The notes beneath the pieces were generated by a model. That model made no database searches. It was not told where the DNA came from and worked only from the letters and a program-made list of their open reading frames with translations. The position numbers and the translations under genes are program-made. This document shows positions 19,228-29,090 of a DNA stretch of 64,000 nucleotides, in pieces. Origin of the DNA: an archaeon. Its GTDB lineage: Archaea; Nanobdellota; Nanobdellia; Woesearchaeales; UBA9642. Location of the stretch: contig JAGVGF010000003.1 of NCBI GenBank assembly GCA_020057295.1, positions 1 to 64,000 of the forward strand, written 5' to 3'. Each line of letters begins with the position of its first letter. The first letter of the stretch is position 1.

Positions 19228-20124
19228 TCACATGTGTTCTAATCTTTTTATTCTTTCAGTCAACGGGGGATGTGTACTGAATAAATTATTCCAAAATCCT
19301 TTTTTTAATGGGTGTGCGAAGTACATGTGTGCTGTAGCCTTATTAGCATGCTTAGTTTCTATTCCATCTTTCTCTATTTTTTTAAGTGCATTAGCTAATC
19401 CCTCAGGATGTCTGCTTAATATCGCGCCAGTTGCATCTGCAGCATATTCCCTTTTTCTAGATATTGCTAATTGTATTAATTGTGCAATTATCGGTGCAAG
19501 TATTGCTAATACTATTCCTGCAATTATAAATATTAGATTACTGTTGCCTCCTTCATCATCGCTTCCACCACCAAATATTAATCCTCTTAAAAAGAAATCA
19601 CTCAGCAAAGCTATTAATCCTACAAGTATTACTGTTATGGTCATTAATCTTATGTCATAATTTTTTACGTGCGACATTTCATGAGCAATCACGCCTTCTA
19701 ATTCTACTCTGTTTAATTTTTTTAGCGCCCCTTCTGTTACTGCTATTGATGAATTTTCAGGATTTCTACCTGTTGCAAATGCATTAATTGCTTGATCAGG
19801 AATAACATAAATTTTTGGTGTAGGCATTTGCGCAGCTATAGCCAAACCTTCAACAGAGTTAATGTAATGTGCATGATCTTTCCTGTTTGCAGGATATGCG
19901 CTACTTATACTTAATGCAGCCTTATCACCAAGATAATAACTTATTAATGCCATTATTATTGCAATAATAAATGCTATGCTCATAAAGAACCATATTATTA
20001 TCTCACTACCTCTACCGTATATTCTTCCAAAAACATATCCTAGAGCTATTACAATTATTGAGAAACAGAATATTAGTAAGTAACTCTTGAATTTGTTTAC
20101 TGCAGCCTCATCAAATGCGTTCAT
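19228..20124 (-). CDS. htpX: HtpX-like M48 zinc metalloprotease
   Basis: NAFATG, GVIAHEMSH, ISRKREYAAD, FSTHPP. Confidence 0.95.
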   Translation of the reverse strand: MNAFDEAAVNKFKSYLLIFCFSIIVIALGYVFGRIYGRGSEIIIWFFMSIAFIIAIIMALISYYLGDKAALSISSAYPANRKDHAHYINSVEGLAIAAQMPTPKIYVIPDQAINAFATGRNPENSSIAVTEGALKKLNRVELEGVIAHEMSHVKNYDIRLMTITVILVGLIALLSDFFLRGLIFGGGSDDEGGNSNLIFIIAGIVLAILAPIIAQLIQLAISRKREYAADATGAILSRHPEGLANALKKIEKDGIETKHANKATAHMYFAHPLKKGFWNNLFSTHPPLTERIKRLEHM

Positions 20125-20171
20125 ATAATCCCTCTAAAATTATAAAATAAAAAATAAATAATACAAAGAAT

Positions 20172-20783
20172 CTAAAAGCTTACTTTTACAGGTCCTTTTT
20201 GTGTTTCTTCAGTCTTGAAGAATTCCTTTTGTTTAAATGCAAACATTCCAGCAATTAGGCTTCCAGGGAACATTTGAGTACTGTTGTTATAACCTAATAC
20301 TGAATCATTATATGCTTGTCTAGCATAAGCAATTTTGCTTTCAGTTCCTGATAATTCCTCTTGTAGCATCATGAAGTTTTCATTTGCTTGAAGTTTAGGA
20401 TACGCTTCAGCAACTGCAAATAATGATTTTAAAGTACCGCTAAGCATGTCATTAGCTTTAGATTTTTCCTTTAATGATGTAGCATTCATCATTGCTGTTC
20501 TTGCAGCAGTAACTTCTGTGAACAAATTCTTCTCGTGTTTTGCATATCCTTTTACTGTTTCTATAAGATTAGGTATAAGATCGTATCTTCGTTTAAGTTG
20601 AACATCGATTTGAGCCCACGCATTCTCAATACGATTTCTCAATACGATAAATCTATTATATGCTAGTATTAAGAATAGCACTATAACAACCAATACAATA
20701 ATAATGATTAAAGATATAATATCCATAAATTTCACCCCTATAATTAAATAACATACTTTTTCTTTATAAATTTTCTTAAACAT
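20172..20783 (-). CDS. lemA: LemA family protein (true start probably MDIISL at 20726)
   Basis: AWAQIDVQLKRRYDLIPNL, AVAEAYPKLQAN. SD GGGGTGA precedes the internal ATG. Confidence 0.95.
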   Translation of the reverse strand: MFKKIYKEKVCYLIIGVKFMDIISLIIIIVLVVIVLFLILAYNRFIVLRNRIENAWAQIDVQLKRRYDLIPNLIETVKGYAKHEKNLFTEVTAARTAMMNATSLKEKSKANDMLSGTLKSLFAVAEAYPKLQANENFMMLQEELSGTESKIAYARQAYNDSVLGYNNSTQMFPGSLIAGMFAFKQKEFFKTEETQKGPVKVSF

Positions 20784-20895
20784 AAATACTCACACGAATA
20801 CTGTTAATAAACATTAAGAGAAAACTTTATAAATATTCGTTGTTTAATTATGCTATACAAAATTATAATTATAAAAAATAGGAGGGTGATTAGAA

Positions 20896-21258
20896 ATGAG
20901 TAAGGAATTGGATCTTATTGCCAGAATTGGTAGTTGGGCATTCATCATTGGTGTAGTTGTTGCTTTACTAATCGGCGTATTTAGTGGAGGCACTGAAAAT
21001 CCTGTAGCGACATCCGTATTAATAATCTTAGGATTAATAGTAGGATTGCTAAATGTTACTGGAAGAGAAACAACACCATTCTTGTTAGCCACAGTATCGC
21101 TAGTTATAGTATCATACATGGGCGGACCTGTATTTTCTAATGTGGCAGCAATCGGAGCATCGTTGCAATCGGTTCTAAGTGCGTTAATAACTTTTGTTAT
21201 TCCTGCAACCGTCATTGTTTCTTTAAAAGCAATATATGCTTTAGCACACGACGAATAA
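20896..21258 (+). CDS. Small four-TM membrane protein
   Basis: Four hydrophobic segments, GLIVGLLNVT..E...FLLA. SD GGAGGGTGA upstream. Confidence 0.8.
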   Translation: MSKELDLIARIGSWAFIIGVVVALLIGVFSGGTENPVATSVLIILGLIVGLLNVTGRETTPFLLATVSLVIVSYMGGPVFSNVAAIGASLQSVLSALITFVIPATVIVSLKAIYALAHDE

Positions 21259-21303
21259 GTCTTTTATTTTTTTATTTTAATTTTTATATATTTCTAATAT
21301 TCA

Positions 21304-22092
21304 TTAAGAAACAATTATCCTCTGATAACGTCCTACTTTAGAGCGAATCTTTTCTAGTTTTTTAAAGTCAAATTTTGTAATAAATTTTTCAAAGAAGATA
21401 TAATCTCTATTAAATCCCAGTTGTGCTGATTGTCTCAACATTTTTTCTAATTTTATTTTTGTAGCCCACTGATAATATATGTGTTCTTCTTCAAGACTTC
21501 CCTTCTCTATTAACGGGTTAAATTCAGATAATGCAAGATACAGCATGTTAGTTATCAGATCAAAACGTTTTATCTTTTGTTTTATCCCTTCAACATCTAT
21601 TTCTCTGTCTCTTACTAGTATATCTGAGTTATATCTGGTTGGGGTGTTTATATCTGCATATACTGCAATTGCGGGTTTCTGTATTAGTCTTGATTTTTTT
21701 GCTGCTTCTTCTCTTAATTCTCTATTACTAGAATCCATTACTCCGCCATCTTTATCATATTCGAATCCTCCTTTGATTAATTCATAAAATTCTACACCTT
21801 CACGGCTATGTTTTTTCATTGTTAAAAATCTTGGTTCGGAAGGGTCTTTTAACGAGAATATGATATTTCTTACACGAAATTCGTGACAATATGTTATTCC
21901 ATCAACTGATAGTAAATTATGGCTATCTATTATTTTTCGTAGTTCACGATATACTATTCCGTTCATCCATGTTGTCCGGATGATGTCGTTAATAACTTCT
22001 GACGCCCTTCCATTAATATAATCTTCATAGAATTCAGGTTTCCATAATGAACTATCTGCTAATAGGTCTGAAATATCTACCTTCCTATTCAT
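21304..22092 (-). CDS. Divergent NUDIX-like protein
   Basis: ELIKGGFE...SSNRELREEA resembles a Nudix box. Confidence 0.55.
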   Translation of the reverse strand: MNRKVDISDLLADSSLWKPEFYEDYINGRASEVINDIIRTTWMNGIVYRELRKIIDSHNLLSVDGITYCHEFRVRNIIFSLKDPSEPRFLTMKKHSREGVEFYELIKGGFEYDKDGGVMDSSNRELREEAAKKSRLIQKPAIAVYADINTPTRYNSDILVRDREIDVEGIKQKIKRFDLITNMLYLALSEFNPLIEKGSLEEEHIYYQWATKIKLEKMLRQSAQLGFNRDYIFFEKFITKFDFKKLEKIRSKVGRYQRIIVS

Positions 22093-22169
22093 AACGCCCC
22101 CGTCTATGTTTTATAAATACTTCAAACTTTTAATATTTTACTAGAATCTTTTGATCTTAATAAAAAATA

Positions 22170-22191
22170 AGGGTGCTCACGTGAACACCCT
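22170..22191 (-). terminator. Hairpin followed by a U-tract on the minus strand
   Basis: Minus strand reads AGGGTGTTCACGTGAGCACCCT then TATTTTTT. Confidence 0.55.
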
Positions 22192-22207
22192 CAGAATTTA
22201 CGGAGGC

Positions 22208-22321
22208 TTAATCTTCGCTTGTAGAAATTGTAGTTTCAGTAATGTAATCATCATATAATGATTCGCGTCTCATGATTCTGGCGCGGTATGATTCATCATA
22301 TATATTTCTCATTTTGATCAT
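22208..22321 (-). CDS. Putative 37-aa micro-protein (MIKMRNIYDESYRARIMRRESLYDDYITETTISTSED)
   Basis: Translated by hand. Its ATG overlaps the TGA of the upstream micro-ORF (ATGA), and it ends just before a terminator hairpin. Confidence 0.4.
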   Translation of the reverse strand: MIKMRNIYDESYRARIMRRESLYDDYITETTISTSED

Positions 22322-22404
22322 ACGAAAGCATCTATTAATTCCATATCTGAATCTTCGGAAGCATCTCTTATTTCCAAAAATCCGTACTTATTTACGCATA
22401 TCAT
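22318..22404 (-). CDS. Putative 28-aa micro-protein (MICVNKYGFLEIRDASEDSDMELIDAFV)
   Basis: Translated by hand. SD GGGGTGAT and a TATA-like TATATATA lie upstream. Confidence 0.4.
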   Translation of the reverse strand: MICVNKYGFLEIRDASEDSDMELIDAFV

Positions 22405-22524
22405 ACATATCACCCCATACAAATGTATGGAGGCAATGAACTATATATATTTTTTCAACATATAAGCATACATATATGCCTTTAATAACGAAATATATAT
22501 AAACTCTTTATCTTTTTAATTGTC

Positions 22525-23454
22525 ATGAAACGCAAAGTTGTACAACATGGACCTAGTTCTTTAATTATTTCATTGCCATCTGAATGGGTTAAGAAAAATG
22601 GTGTAAGAAAGGGCGACGATTTGGATGTTACTGAAAGTAATAATATTATCGAAATAAGTACTAAGCCACTAATTAAAGACCAATCTGTAACTATTGATGT
22701 TTCAGGATTAAACAGAACTTCTATATTATTATATTTACTAAGCATGTATAGGCGAGGGTATAAAGAGATCAACATAAAATTTAATAATACCTCAAGTCAG
22801 CATTACAGAACAGGACACGATGTTCCTGTGCTGTCTGTGATTCAAGATGTTATTACGCGTTTTATCGGTGTAGAAATAGTTAAACAATCTAAAGACTTCG
22901 TACAAATAAAACAAATTTCTGAGGATTCAGAAAAGGATTTTGACATGTTAATACGTAGAGTTTTATTTCTAACTGTAGAAGCATTTAAAGAATTTGAAAA
23001 TGGAGTTATAGAAGAAAACGAACAACTAGTAAACGTGACAGAGACACATTATATCACTATAAGAAAATTTATTAATTATTGTATAAGATTAATACATGAA
23101 GGTGCTGTTACTCAAACAGCTAAAGCACTTACATTGATGACGATACTATCTGGAATGGATAGAATTATAAAATCTTTAAAACAATTTGGTCGAGAGAAAC
23201 GCGATAGAAGAATAAAATTATCTAGAAAAGTAATTCCGGTAACTAAAGAAGTAAGGGAGTCGATGGAATTATTTCAGAAATTCTTTCTTAGTAAGGATTT
23301 GAAATTATTAGATGATATTGAGTCTAAGAGACAAAACATTAAGAAACAGATATTTAATATAAAATTAGATTCAGATTCAATGCTAATATTAGATTTCTTT
23401 AAAATAACCGTAGAAACAATTCAAGATATGGTTGAAGGAACCTTAAGATTATGA
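22525..23454 (+). CDS. AbrB-PhoU family phosphate-uptake-type regulator
   Basis: MKRKVVQHGPSSLIISLPSEWVKK.GV.KGD AbrB domain followed by helical PhoU-like repeats. Confidence 0.85.
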   Translation: MKRKVVQHGPSSLIISLPSEWVKKNGVRKGDDLDVTESNNIIEISTKPLIKDQSVTIDVSGLNRTSILLYLLSMYRRGYKEINIKFNNTSSQHYRTGHDVPVLSVIQDVITRFIGVEIVKQSKDFVQIKQISEDSEKDFDMLIRRVLFLTVEAFKEFENGVIEENEQLVNVTETHYITIRKFINYCIRLIHEGAVTQTAKALTLMTILSGMDRIIKSLKQFGREKRDRRIKLSRKVIPVTKEVRESMELFQKFFLSKDLKLLDDIESKRQNIKKQIFNIKLDSDSMLILDFFKITVETIQDMVEGTLRL

Positions 23455-23455
23455 G

Positions 23456-24085
23456 TTATTCGTAATTCTTTAATGTGTTGATTAATTCTTTAATAGTTTG
23501 AGAATTTCTTACTTCTTCAGCAACATCATCATATTTGAATACATCTATTATCCAGTTTGCAAAATCATTTCTTCCCTCCGTAGTATGATGATTAAATACG
23601 CTTACATCCATTTTATCTAATGTTTTCAATAATTCTTTTAAGCTACGTAGTTTTGTTCCATCCGGAAGAACGAACGCGCTAGCCTCCTCACAATTTTTAT
23701 CTAATATGCTAATATTCTTTGTAGGCAGGATTTTTGTTAATACTTTCGCCGGTTCTTCATATTTTTTAAGAATCTCTTGTGACAGCTCTGGTATATTTTC
23801 TACAGTATATCCTCGTTTTTTTAACATGTCTTTATATTCTTTTAATGTTATAAAACCTTGCTCGTAACTTTTTTTCAACAATAATATTCTCTTATGTATG
23901 TTTATTGCTTTCTTTTTTCTTCTATCATTCTCCGTGCTTGTTTTATTATTTATCGTTCTTTTAAAATATTCTATTTTATCTTCAAAATACGTTTTATAAT
24001 ATACTCTGTCAATAAATAAGTATATTTTATAACTTATTATTGCTAGCAAAAAAATTAACACTATAAACCAATATTCTTTAATCAT
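23456..24085 (-). CDS. Membrane-anchored protein with a DUF5752-like C-terminal domain
   Basis: N-terminal TM; AFVLPDG..LRSLKEL...MD.SVFNHH....RNDFANWI.DVF. Confidence 0.7.
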   Translation of the reverse strand: MIKEYWFIVLIFLLAIISYKIYLFIDRVYYKTYFEDKIEYFKRTINNKTSTENDRRKKKAINIHKRILLLKKSYEQGFITLKEYKDMLKKRGYTVENIPELSQEILKKYEEPAKVLTKILPTKNISILDKNCEEASAFVLPDGTKLRSLKELLKTLDKMDVSVFNHHTTEGRNDFANWIIDVFKYDDVAEEVRNSQTIKELINTLKNYE

Positions 24086-24891
24086 TTTTTTAGTGTCCTC
24101 AACAATTCTTTACGCGAAATATGCTGTCTGTGGCGTACATCTACTTTTGTTACATTTAGCACTTTATCTACAAATAATTTTCTTATCTCTTCTATTTCAA
24201 ATTGTTCGTCGCTTAATTTTTCTAATAATTCTATTATATCATATAATTTTTTGGATTCACTAATAGTGTAGTCTGTTACTTTATCAGGATTTATTCTTGT
24301 AGATATATTCGTAGATAATTTCCAAATCCTTAAAACTATTATTATAAATAATATTATTGCTAGTATTCCTGCGAAGTAATACAATAACTCTTTGATTTTA
24401 GAATCATATTCAGTTATGGTTGTTTTATCTTCTTCTGTCTTTATAGAAAATCCTGATCCGTTACTATCTACTACAAGTATGTTTATTTGCCTGCCAATCT
24501 CCATACTCGATGGAATTAATGTTGTGTTATTTATTATTGGTCTGACAGCATATCTTAAATAATACTCCTCTCCTACCGTACTATTTCTAGGTATAGTTAT
24601 ATCAAAATAGAATGTGTTATTGAAAGTCTCCGTCGGTATTAATTTATTTCTATCACGTAATATTGCTATATCTTTTGTTGAGGTATATGTTATATTAACA
24701 ATATAATCTTCTTCTTCAGCGTTTTGTATTGTTATAGCATAAACATATGATTGTCCAGGCTCTAGTTTTATAAGATCATTTTCTATATATTGTGTTGATA
24801 TTCCGAATCCATTAATATTAGGCAATATTAATGCTAACACTAATAAGAAAGATATTGCTATTGCACCCCTTTTTACTAATGTTTTATACAT
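24082..24891 (-). CDS. Secreted or membrane-anchored protein with an Ig-like beta domain
   Basis: Signal peptide, beta-rich domain (LEPGQS), internal TM. ATGA overlap with the next gene. Confidence 0.7.
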   Translation of the reverse strand: MYKTLVKRGAIAISFLLVLALILPNINGFGISTQYIENDLIKLEPGQSYVYAITIQNAEEEDYIVNITYTSTKDIAILRDRNKLIPTETFNNTFYFDITIPRNSTVGEEYYLRYAVRPIINNTTLIPSSMEIGRQINILVVDSNGSGFSIKTEEDKTTITEYDSKIKELLYYFAGILAIILFIIIVLRIWKLSTNISTRINPDKVTDYTISESKKLYDIIELLEKLSDEQFEIEEIRKLFVDKVLNVTKVDVRHRQHISRKELLRTLKK

Positions 24892-24963
24892 AGCTCATTG
24901 ATTATAGCATGTTTTTATTATAAAATTTTCGAAAAGAAAAGCTTTTAGACTCTTTCTCATACT

Positions 24964-25062
24964 TTATTTATTTCCTAATAAAGGAATTAGCACCGGGGTA
25001 AGAATTATAACCATTGTAGTAAGAAATATTAATATGCTTAGGATTATTATTTTTTTGTTCAT
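24964..25062 (-). CDS. Putative 32-aa single-TM peptide (MNKKIIILSILIFLTTMVIILTPVLIPLLGNK)
   Basis: Translated by hand. AGGT SD-like site upstream; basic N-terminus followed by a hydrophobic helix. Confidence 0.4.
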   Translation of the reverse strand: MNKKIIILSILIFLTTMVIILTPVLIPLLGNK

Positions 25063-25206
25063 TTTTACCTTTAAGTGTTTATAATGATATATTGTGCTAT
25101 TTATTTATATTCTTTTTGTTTTTTTTATGTTGATGATTACCAAACATAAGGTATACATTAATTATTTAGGCAATATTTTATTTATTACTAAGCCAGAACA
25201 CGATAT

Positions 25207-26130
25207 CTATAATTTTACCTTCATAAAATCGTATGCTACTTCAACATTCTGAAATGCTGTTTTTGCATCATCTAATACTTCGCCAGGTTCTTTGTATCTT
25301 TGAGAAAGATGTGTGATTATTAGTTTTTTTACGTTAGCATTATTTGCTAATATAGCAGCATCCTTGGCAGTCATATGTTTTGTTTTTTCTGCCTTATCTC
25401 CTAATTCTGATGCAAACGTAGCTTCACAAATTAAGATTTCAGAATTTTCTGAAAGTTTTATTGCATTTTCACACAATCCTGTGTCTAGTATGAATGTTGT
25501 TTTTAATCCCTTCTTCATTGTAGAAATTTCTTCCGGAATAATTTCTTTTCCATTATAAACTATCTTCTCGCCATTCTGTAATTTGCCTATTAATGGGCCG
25601 TTTGTTAATCCAAGAATGTTTAGTTTATTCATATCTATTTTACGCGTATCTTTCTCTATGAAACTGTATCCTAAGCAAGGTACGCTATGTTCTAAAAGTG
25701 TTGTTTGTACATAGAAATCTTCATTTTCGATTATTGTTAATATTTCGTTTCTTTTTGGAATTATTTCATGAATTTCTAAAACTAACTTATTTTCAAATAT
25801 ACATGTTTTCAACATATGTTCCATTCTTTCTTCTGTTTCTTTAGGTCCGTATATGTGAAGTACTGGACGCTCTTCATTTTGTGCATTTTGATTTCCTAGA
25901 GTTTGTATCAATCCTATTAGTCCAGAAACATGATCGCCATGCCAATGGCTTAATAATACATAATTGACTTTATTTCTATTGATTCCTGCAATATTCATCT
26001 GTCTTTGCGTGCCTTCACCACAATCTATTAACATCCCCTTATTCTTGTAGCTAAGAAACATTCCTACAACATTTCGTTCTTTAGTCGGAACCATCGATCC
26101 TGTTCCTAAGAAAGTTATTTCTGTTGGCAT
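25207..26130 (-). CDS. rnz: Ribonuclease Z
   Basis: FLGTG..VPT.ERN, DCGEGTQRQ, SHWHGDH, GP-rich exosite, EATF, THLSQRY. Confidence 0.96.
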   Translation of the reverse strand: MPTEITFLGTGSMVPTKERNVVGMFLSYKNKGMLIDCGEGTQRQMNIAGINRNKVNYVLLSHWHGDHVSGLIGLIQTLGNQNAQNEERPVLHIYGPKETEERMEHMLKTCIFENKLVLEIHEIIPKRNEILTIIENEDFYVQTTLLEHSVPCLGYSFIEKDTRKIDMNKLNILGLTNGPLIGKLQNGEKIVYNGKEIIPEEISTMKKGLKTTFILDTGLCENAIKLSENSEILICEATFASELGDKAEKTKHMTAKDAAILANNANVKKLIITHLSQRYKEPGEVLDDAKTAFQNVEVAYDFMKVKL

Positions 26131-26261
26131 AGAATTATAGAGTCAACGAATGTTTATAAAGTTTGTTCAGCGTTTATAGCTTATTCAATCCGCATATAAT
26201 AATAATCTTTTTAAACAACATTCCCCCGGCAATATTAAGTATATATTAATTTGTTAGCGAG

Positions 26262-26489
26262 GTGGTTTTTATGTGTTGTTGTGAAGGTAGTTGTGGAAAA
26301 TGTAGTAGCTGGCTAAAAGCACTTTTAGGTATATTGATGTTAATCAATTTATTTGTTTGGCCTAAATGGACGGGCGTTGACGGATGGCTAGCATTTGCTG
26401 CTGTATTGTTAGTATTATGCGGCATAATATTTAGCTTCACTGGTTCATGCACTTGTGCAACACCAGCGCCAGCAAAGAAGAAAAGATAA
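26262..26489 (+). CDS. Small Cys-rich two-TM membrane protein
   Basis: MCCCEGSCGKC, two TM helices, CTC, basic tail. SD GAGGTG upstream of the ATG at 26271. Confidence 0.65.
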   Translation: MVFMCCCEGSCGKCSSWLKALLGILMLINLFVWPKWTGVDGWLAFAAVLLVLCGIIFSFTGSCTCATPAPAKKKR

Positions 26490-26602
26490 ATATCTTTATT
26501 TTTTATTTTTTTTAGCAAACTTCTTATATTATTTTTTTACGCAATATGTTCTTTACTTTTATTCTTTGAATAACTTTAAAAACAAGTATTGCTATCTTAA
26601 TT

Positions 26603-27217
26603 ATGGTTGAAAACATGTCTGATGATTATACTGATAAAGAATTAAAGAATTTAAAAGTAAAAGAAATTATCTTAGATAGTAGACCTAAAAGAGAAAAGAT
26701 AAAAACTTTATTTGCTAATGAAAGAGTATTAGCAGAGTCTAATAATGAGACTAGAGAATTATATAATCAGTCAAGATATGGTACGTTATTAGATAATGGA
26801 AAACTGCAATTATCTTTACTTGAAGCATTATACCTTTTAGAAAAGAAAAAGATTGAAATTAAAAATTCTAAAAACGTTTCTTTAGACTTTGATCAATTTT
26901 TGAAAAAAGCCACAAAACTCGAACCTAATTTTTGGTTGAGATACTGCGTGTTTAAGGATATGCGTGATAGAGGATATATTATCAAAACTGCACTAAAGTT
27001 CGGCGCAGATTTCAGAGTCTATGATCGCGGAGTAAAGCCTGGAGAAGATCATGCTAGATGGATAATTTATCCTGTGCATGAAGGCGCCACACTAACCTGG
27101 TATGATTTTGCAGCAAAAAACAGAGTGGCACATTCAACAAAGAAGAGACTCATGATGGGTATTGTTGATGATGAAGGTGATGTGACTTATTATGAGATTA
27201 AATGGATAAAGCCTTGA
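26603..27217 (+). CDS. endA: tRNA-splicing endonuclease (single-unit alpha type)
   Basis: LSLLEALYL, RDRGYIIKTALKFGADFRVY, catalytic H (EDHA), R.AHST.K. Confidence 0.95.
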   Translation: MVENMSDDYTDKELKNLKVKEIILDSRPKREKIKTLFANERVLAESNNETRELYNQSRYGTLLDNGKLQLSLLEALYLLEKKKIEIKNSKNVSLDFDQFLKKATKLEPNFWLRYCVFKDMRDRGYIIKTALKFGADFRVYDRGVKPGEDHARWIIYPVHEGATLTWYDFAAKNRVAHSTKKRLMMGIVDDEGDVTYYEIKWIKP

Positions 27218-27291
27218 GAAATTATAACACAAGGTAAAATTCGTCACTTTTAAATAACAACATTTTTAAATACATTTTTTTATCTTATTTT

Positions 27292-27759
27292 ATGGTTAAT
27301 AACACTCTAGATTCAAGAATGTCGGATTTTACAGACATTACTTCAAATTCTAATATGACGCTGTTTGAAGCAGCTATTTATACAGAACAAGGAACAATTA
27401 GTCAGCATACTAATTCATCTGGTTTAACAACTCATTATTATGCACCTTCGCAAACATATGCTTTAGAAGTAAAATGTGATTCTCCTATAATAGCATCATT
27501 AGTGGCTATTTTTATGAATAGTGCCATAAAGAATAAGCCAGTATCTATAGATCTAAATAATGAGCATCTTAGTGCTGTATCTGCAATAACTCATCCGGAA
27601 TATGTCATAATTCGTTACAGAAATATGGCTGTGCTAAGGACTACTGAAGAAAGAACCACGGATGGTAGATCTTTTTACGACTTAATGAAAACCTTTTGTA
27701 AAGAAAAATTAAATGTAATTCCAAAAGAAGAAAAAATAGTGATGAACTATAATAACTAA
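27292..27759 (+). CDS. Hypothetical protein
   Basis: 155-aa ORF with a TATA box ~25 nt upstream; no recognisable motif. Confidence 0.6.
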   Translation: MVNNTLDSRMSDFTDITSNSNMTLFEAAIYTEQGTISQHTNSSGLTTHYYAPSQTYALEVKCDSPIIASLVAIFMNSAIKNKPVSIDLNNEHLSAVSAITHPEYVIIRYRNMAVLRTTEERTTDGRSFYDLMKTFCKEKLNVIPKEEKIVMNYNN

Positions 27760-27807
27760 TTATATTCAATATATCTATATATATTTCCTTATAAAAAATT
27801 AATTTCC

Positions 27808-28983
27808 TTATTTCTTTTCAATTTCTTTTCTTAGTACACTTGCCTTATCTGTCTTTTCCCATGTAAAATCAGGATCTTCTCTTCCAAAGTGTCCATACGC
27901 CGCAGTTTTTCTATATATTGGTCTTCTAAGTTTTAGCTGATCTATTATGTCTTTCGGTTTGACGGGAAAATGTTTCCATATTAGTTCAACAATTTTTTCT
28001 TCAGAAATTTTTGATGTTCCAAAAGTGTCGACAAATATTCCCATTGGTTGAGCAACTCCTATAGCGTAAGATAATTGTACTTCACATTTGTCTGCAAGTC
28101 CTGCCGCGACTATATTCTTAGCGATATATCTGCAAGCGTATGCTGCACTTCTATCAACTTTAGAAGGATCCTTTCCCGAAAATGCTCCTCCGCCATGTCT
28201 TCCCATTCCACCATATGTATCAACGATAATCTTTCTACCAGTCAATCCAGAATCTCCTTCTGGTCCTCCAATAACAAATCTTCCTGTAGGATTAATATAA
28301 TATTTTGTATCTTTATCAAGATATTTTTCGCAAACTGGCTTGATTACTTTATCTAATATTTCTTTCTTTAATATTTCTGAAGATTTGTCTTCAATATGTT
28401 GTTGTGATACAACAACTGTTTGTATTCTTTTAGGTTTTCCATCTACATATTCTATTGTTACTTGTGATTTTCCATCAGGACCGATTCCTTTAATTATTCC
28501 TTTTTTTCTTACTTCAGATAATTTTTGTGTTAATTTATGTGCTAATGTTATTGGTAATGGCATTAATTCTTTAGTTTCATTACAAGCATATCCAAACATC
28601 ATTCCTTGATCTCCTGCTCCTTGTTCTTTGAATTCTCCTTTTCCTTCTGTTACTCCCTGGCTTATGTCAGGACTTTGAGAATGTATAGCTACCCATACTC
28701 CTGCATCATCACAGTCTATTCCGAATCTCGGATCAGTATATCCTATATTTTTTAGAGTTTCTCTAGCAATTTTTTGAACATCTGCATAACCTTTTGTTGT
28801 TACCTCTCCAGCAACATGGATTGTGCCAGTTGTTGTCAAACATTCAACAGCAACCCTTGAATAAGGGTCTTGACGCAATAATTCGTCTAGAACAGCATCA
28901 GATATCTGATCACATATCTTATCAGGATGTCCTTCGGTTACAGATTCAGATGTAAAAATATAATTTTTTGTCATAATTATCAC
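27808..28983 (-). CDS. metK: S-adenosylmethionine synthetase, bacterial/eukaryotic type
   Basis: [50 protein letters not shown]. Confidence 0.98.
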   Translation of the reverse strand: MIIMTKNYIFTSESVTEGHPDKICDQISDAVLDELLRQDPYSRVAVECLTTTGTIHVAGEVTTKGYADVQKIARETLKNIGYTDPRFGIDCDDAGVWVAIHSQSPDISQGVTEGKGEFKEQGAGDQGMMFGYACNETKELMPLPITLAHKLTQKLSEVRKKGIIKGIGPDGKSQVTIEYVDGKPKRIQTVVVSQQHIEDKSSEILKKEILDKVIKPVCEKYLDKDTKYYINPTGRFVIGGPEGDSGLTGRKIIVDTYGGMGRHGGGAFSGKDPSKVDRSAAYACRYIAKNIVAAGLADKCEVQLSYAIGVAQPMGIFVDTFGTSKISEEKIVELIWKHFPVKPKDIIDQLKLRRPIYRKTAAYGHFGREDPDFTWEKTDKASVLRKEIEKK

Positions 28984-29090
28984 CGCTTAAACCTTGCATA
29001 TCTTGTTTAAAAACCTTGTTAAACTATGTTCTTGATTAGTATTTCAAGTATAACAACAAATTTTTAAAGTTGTGATATTATCGTTCTATC

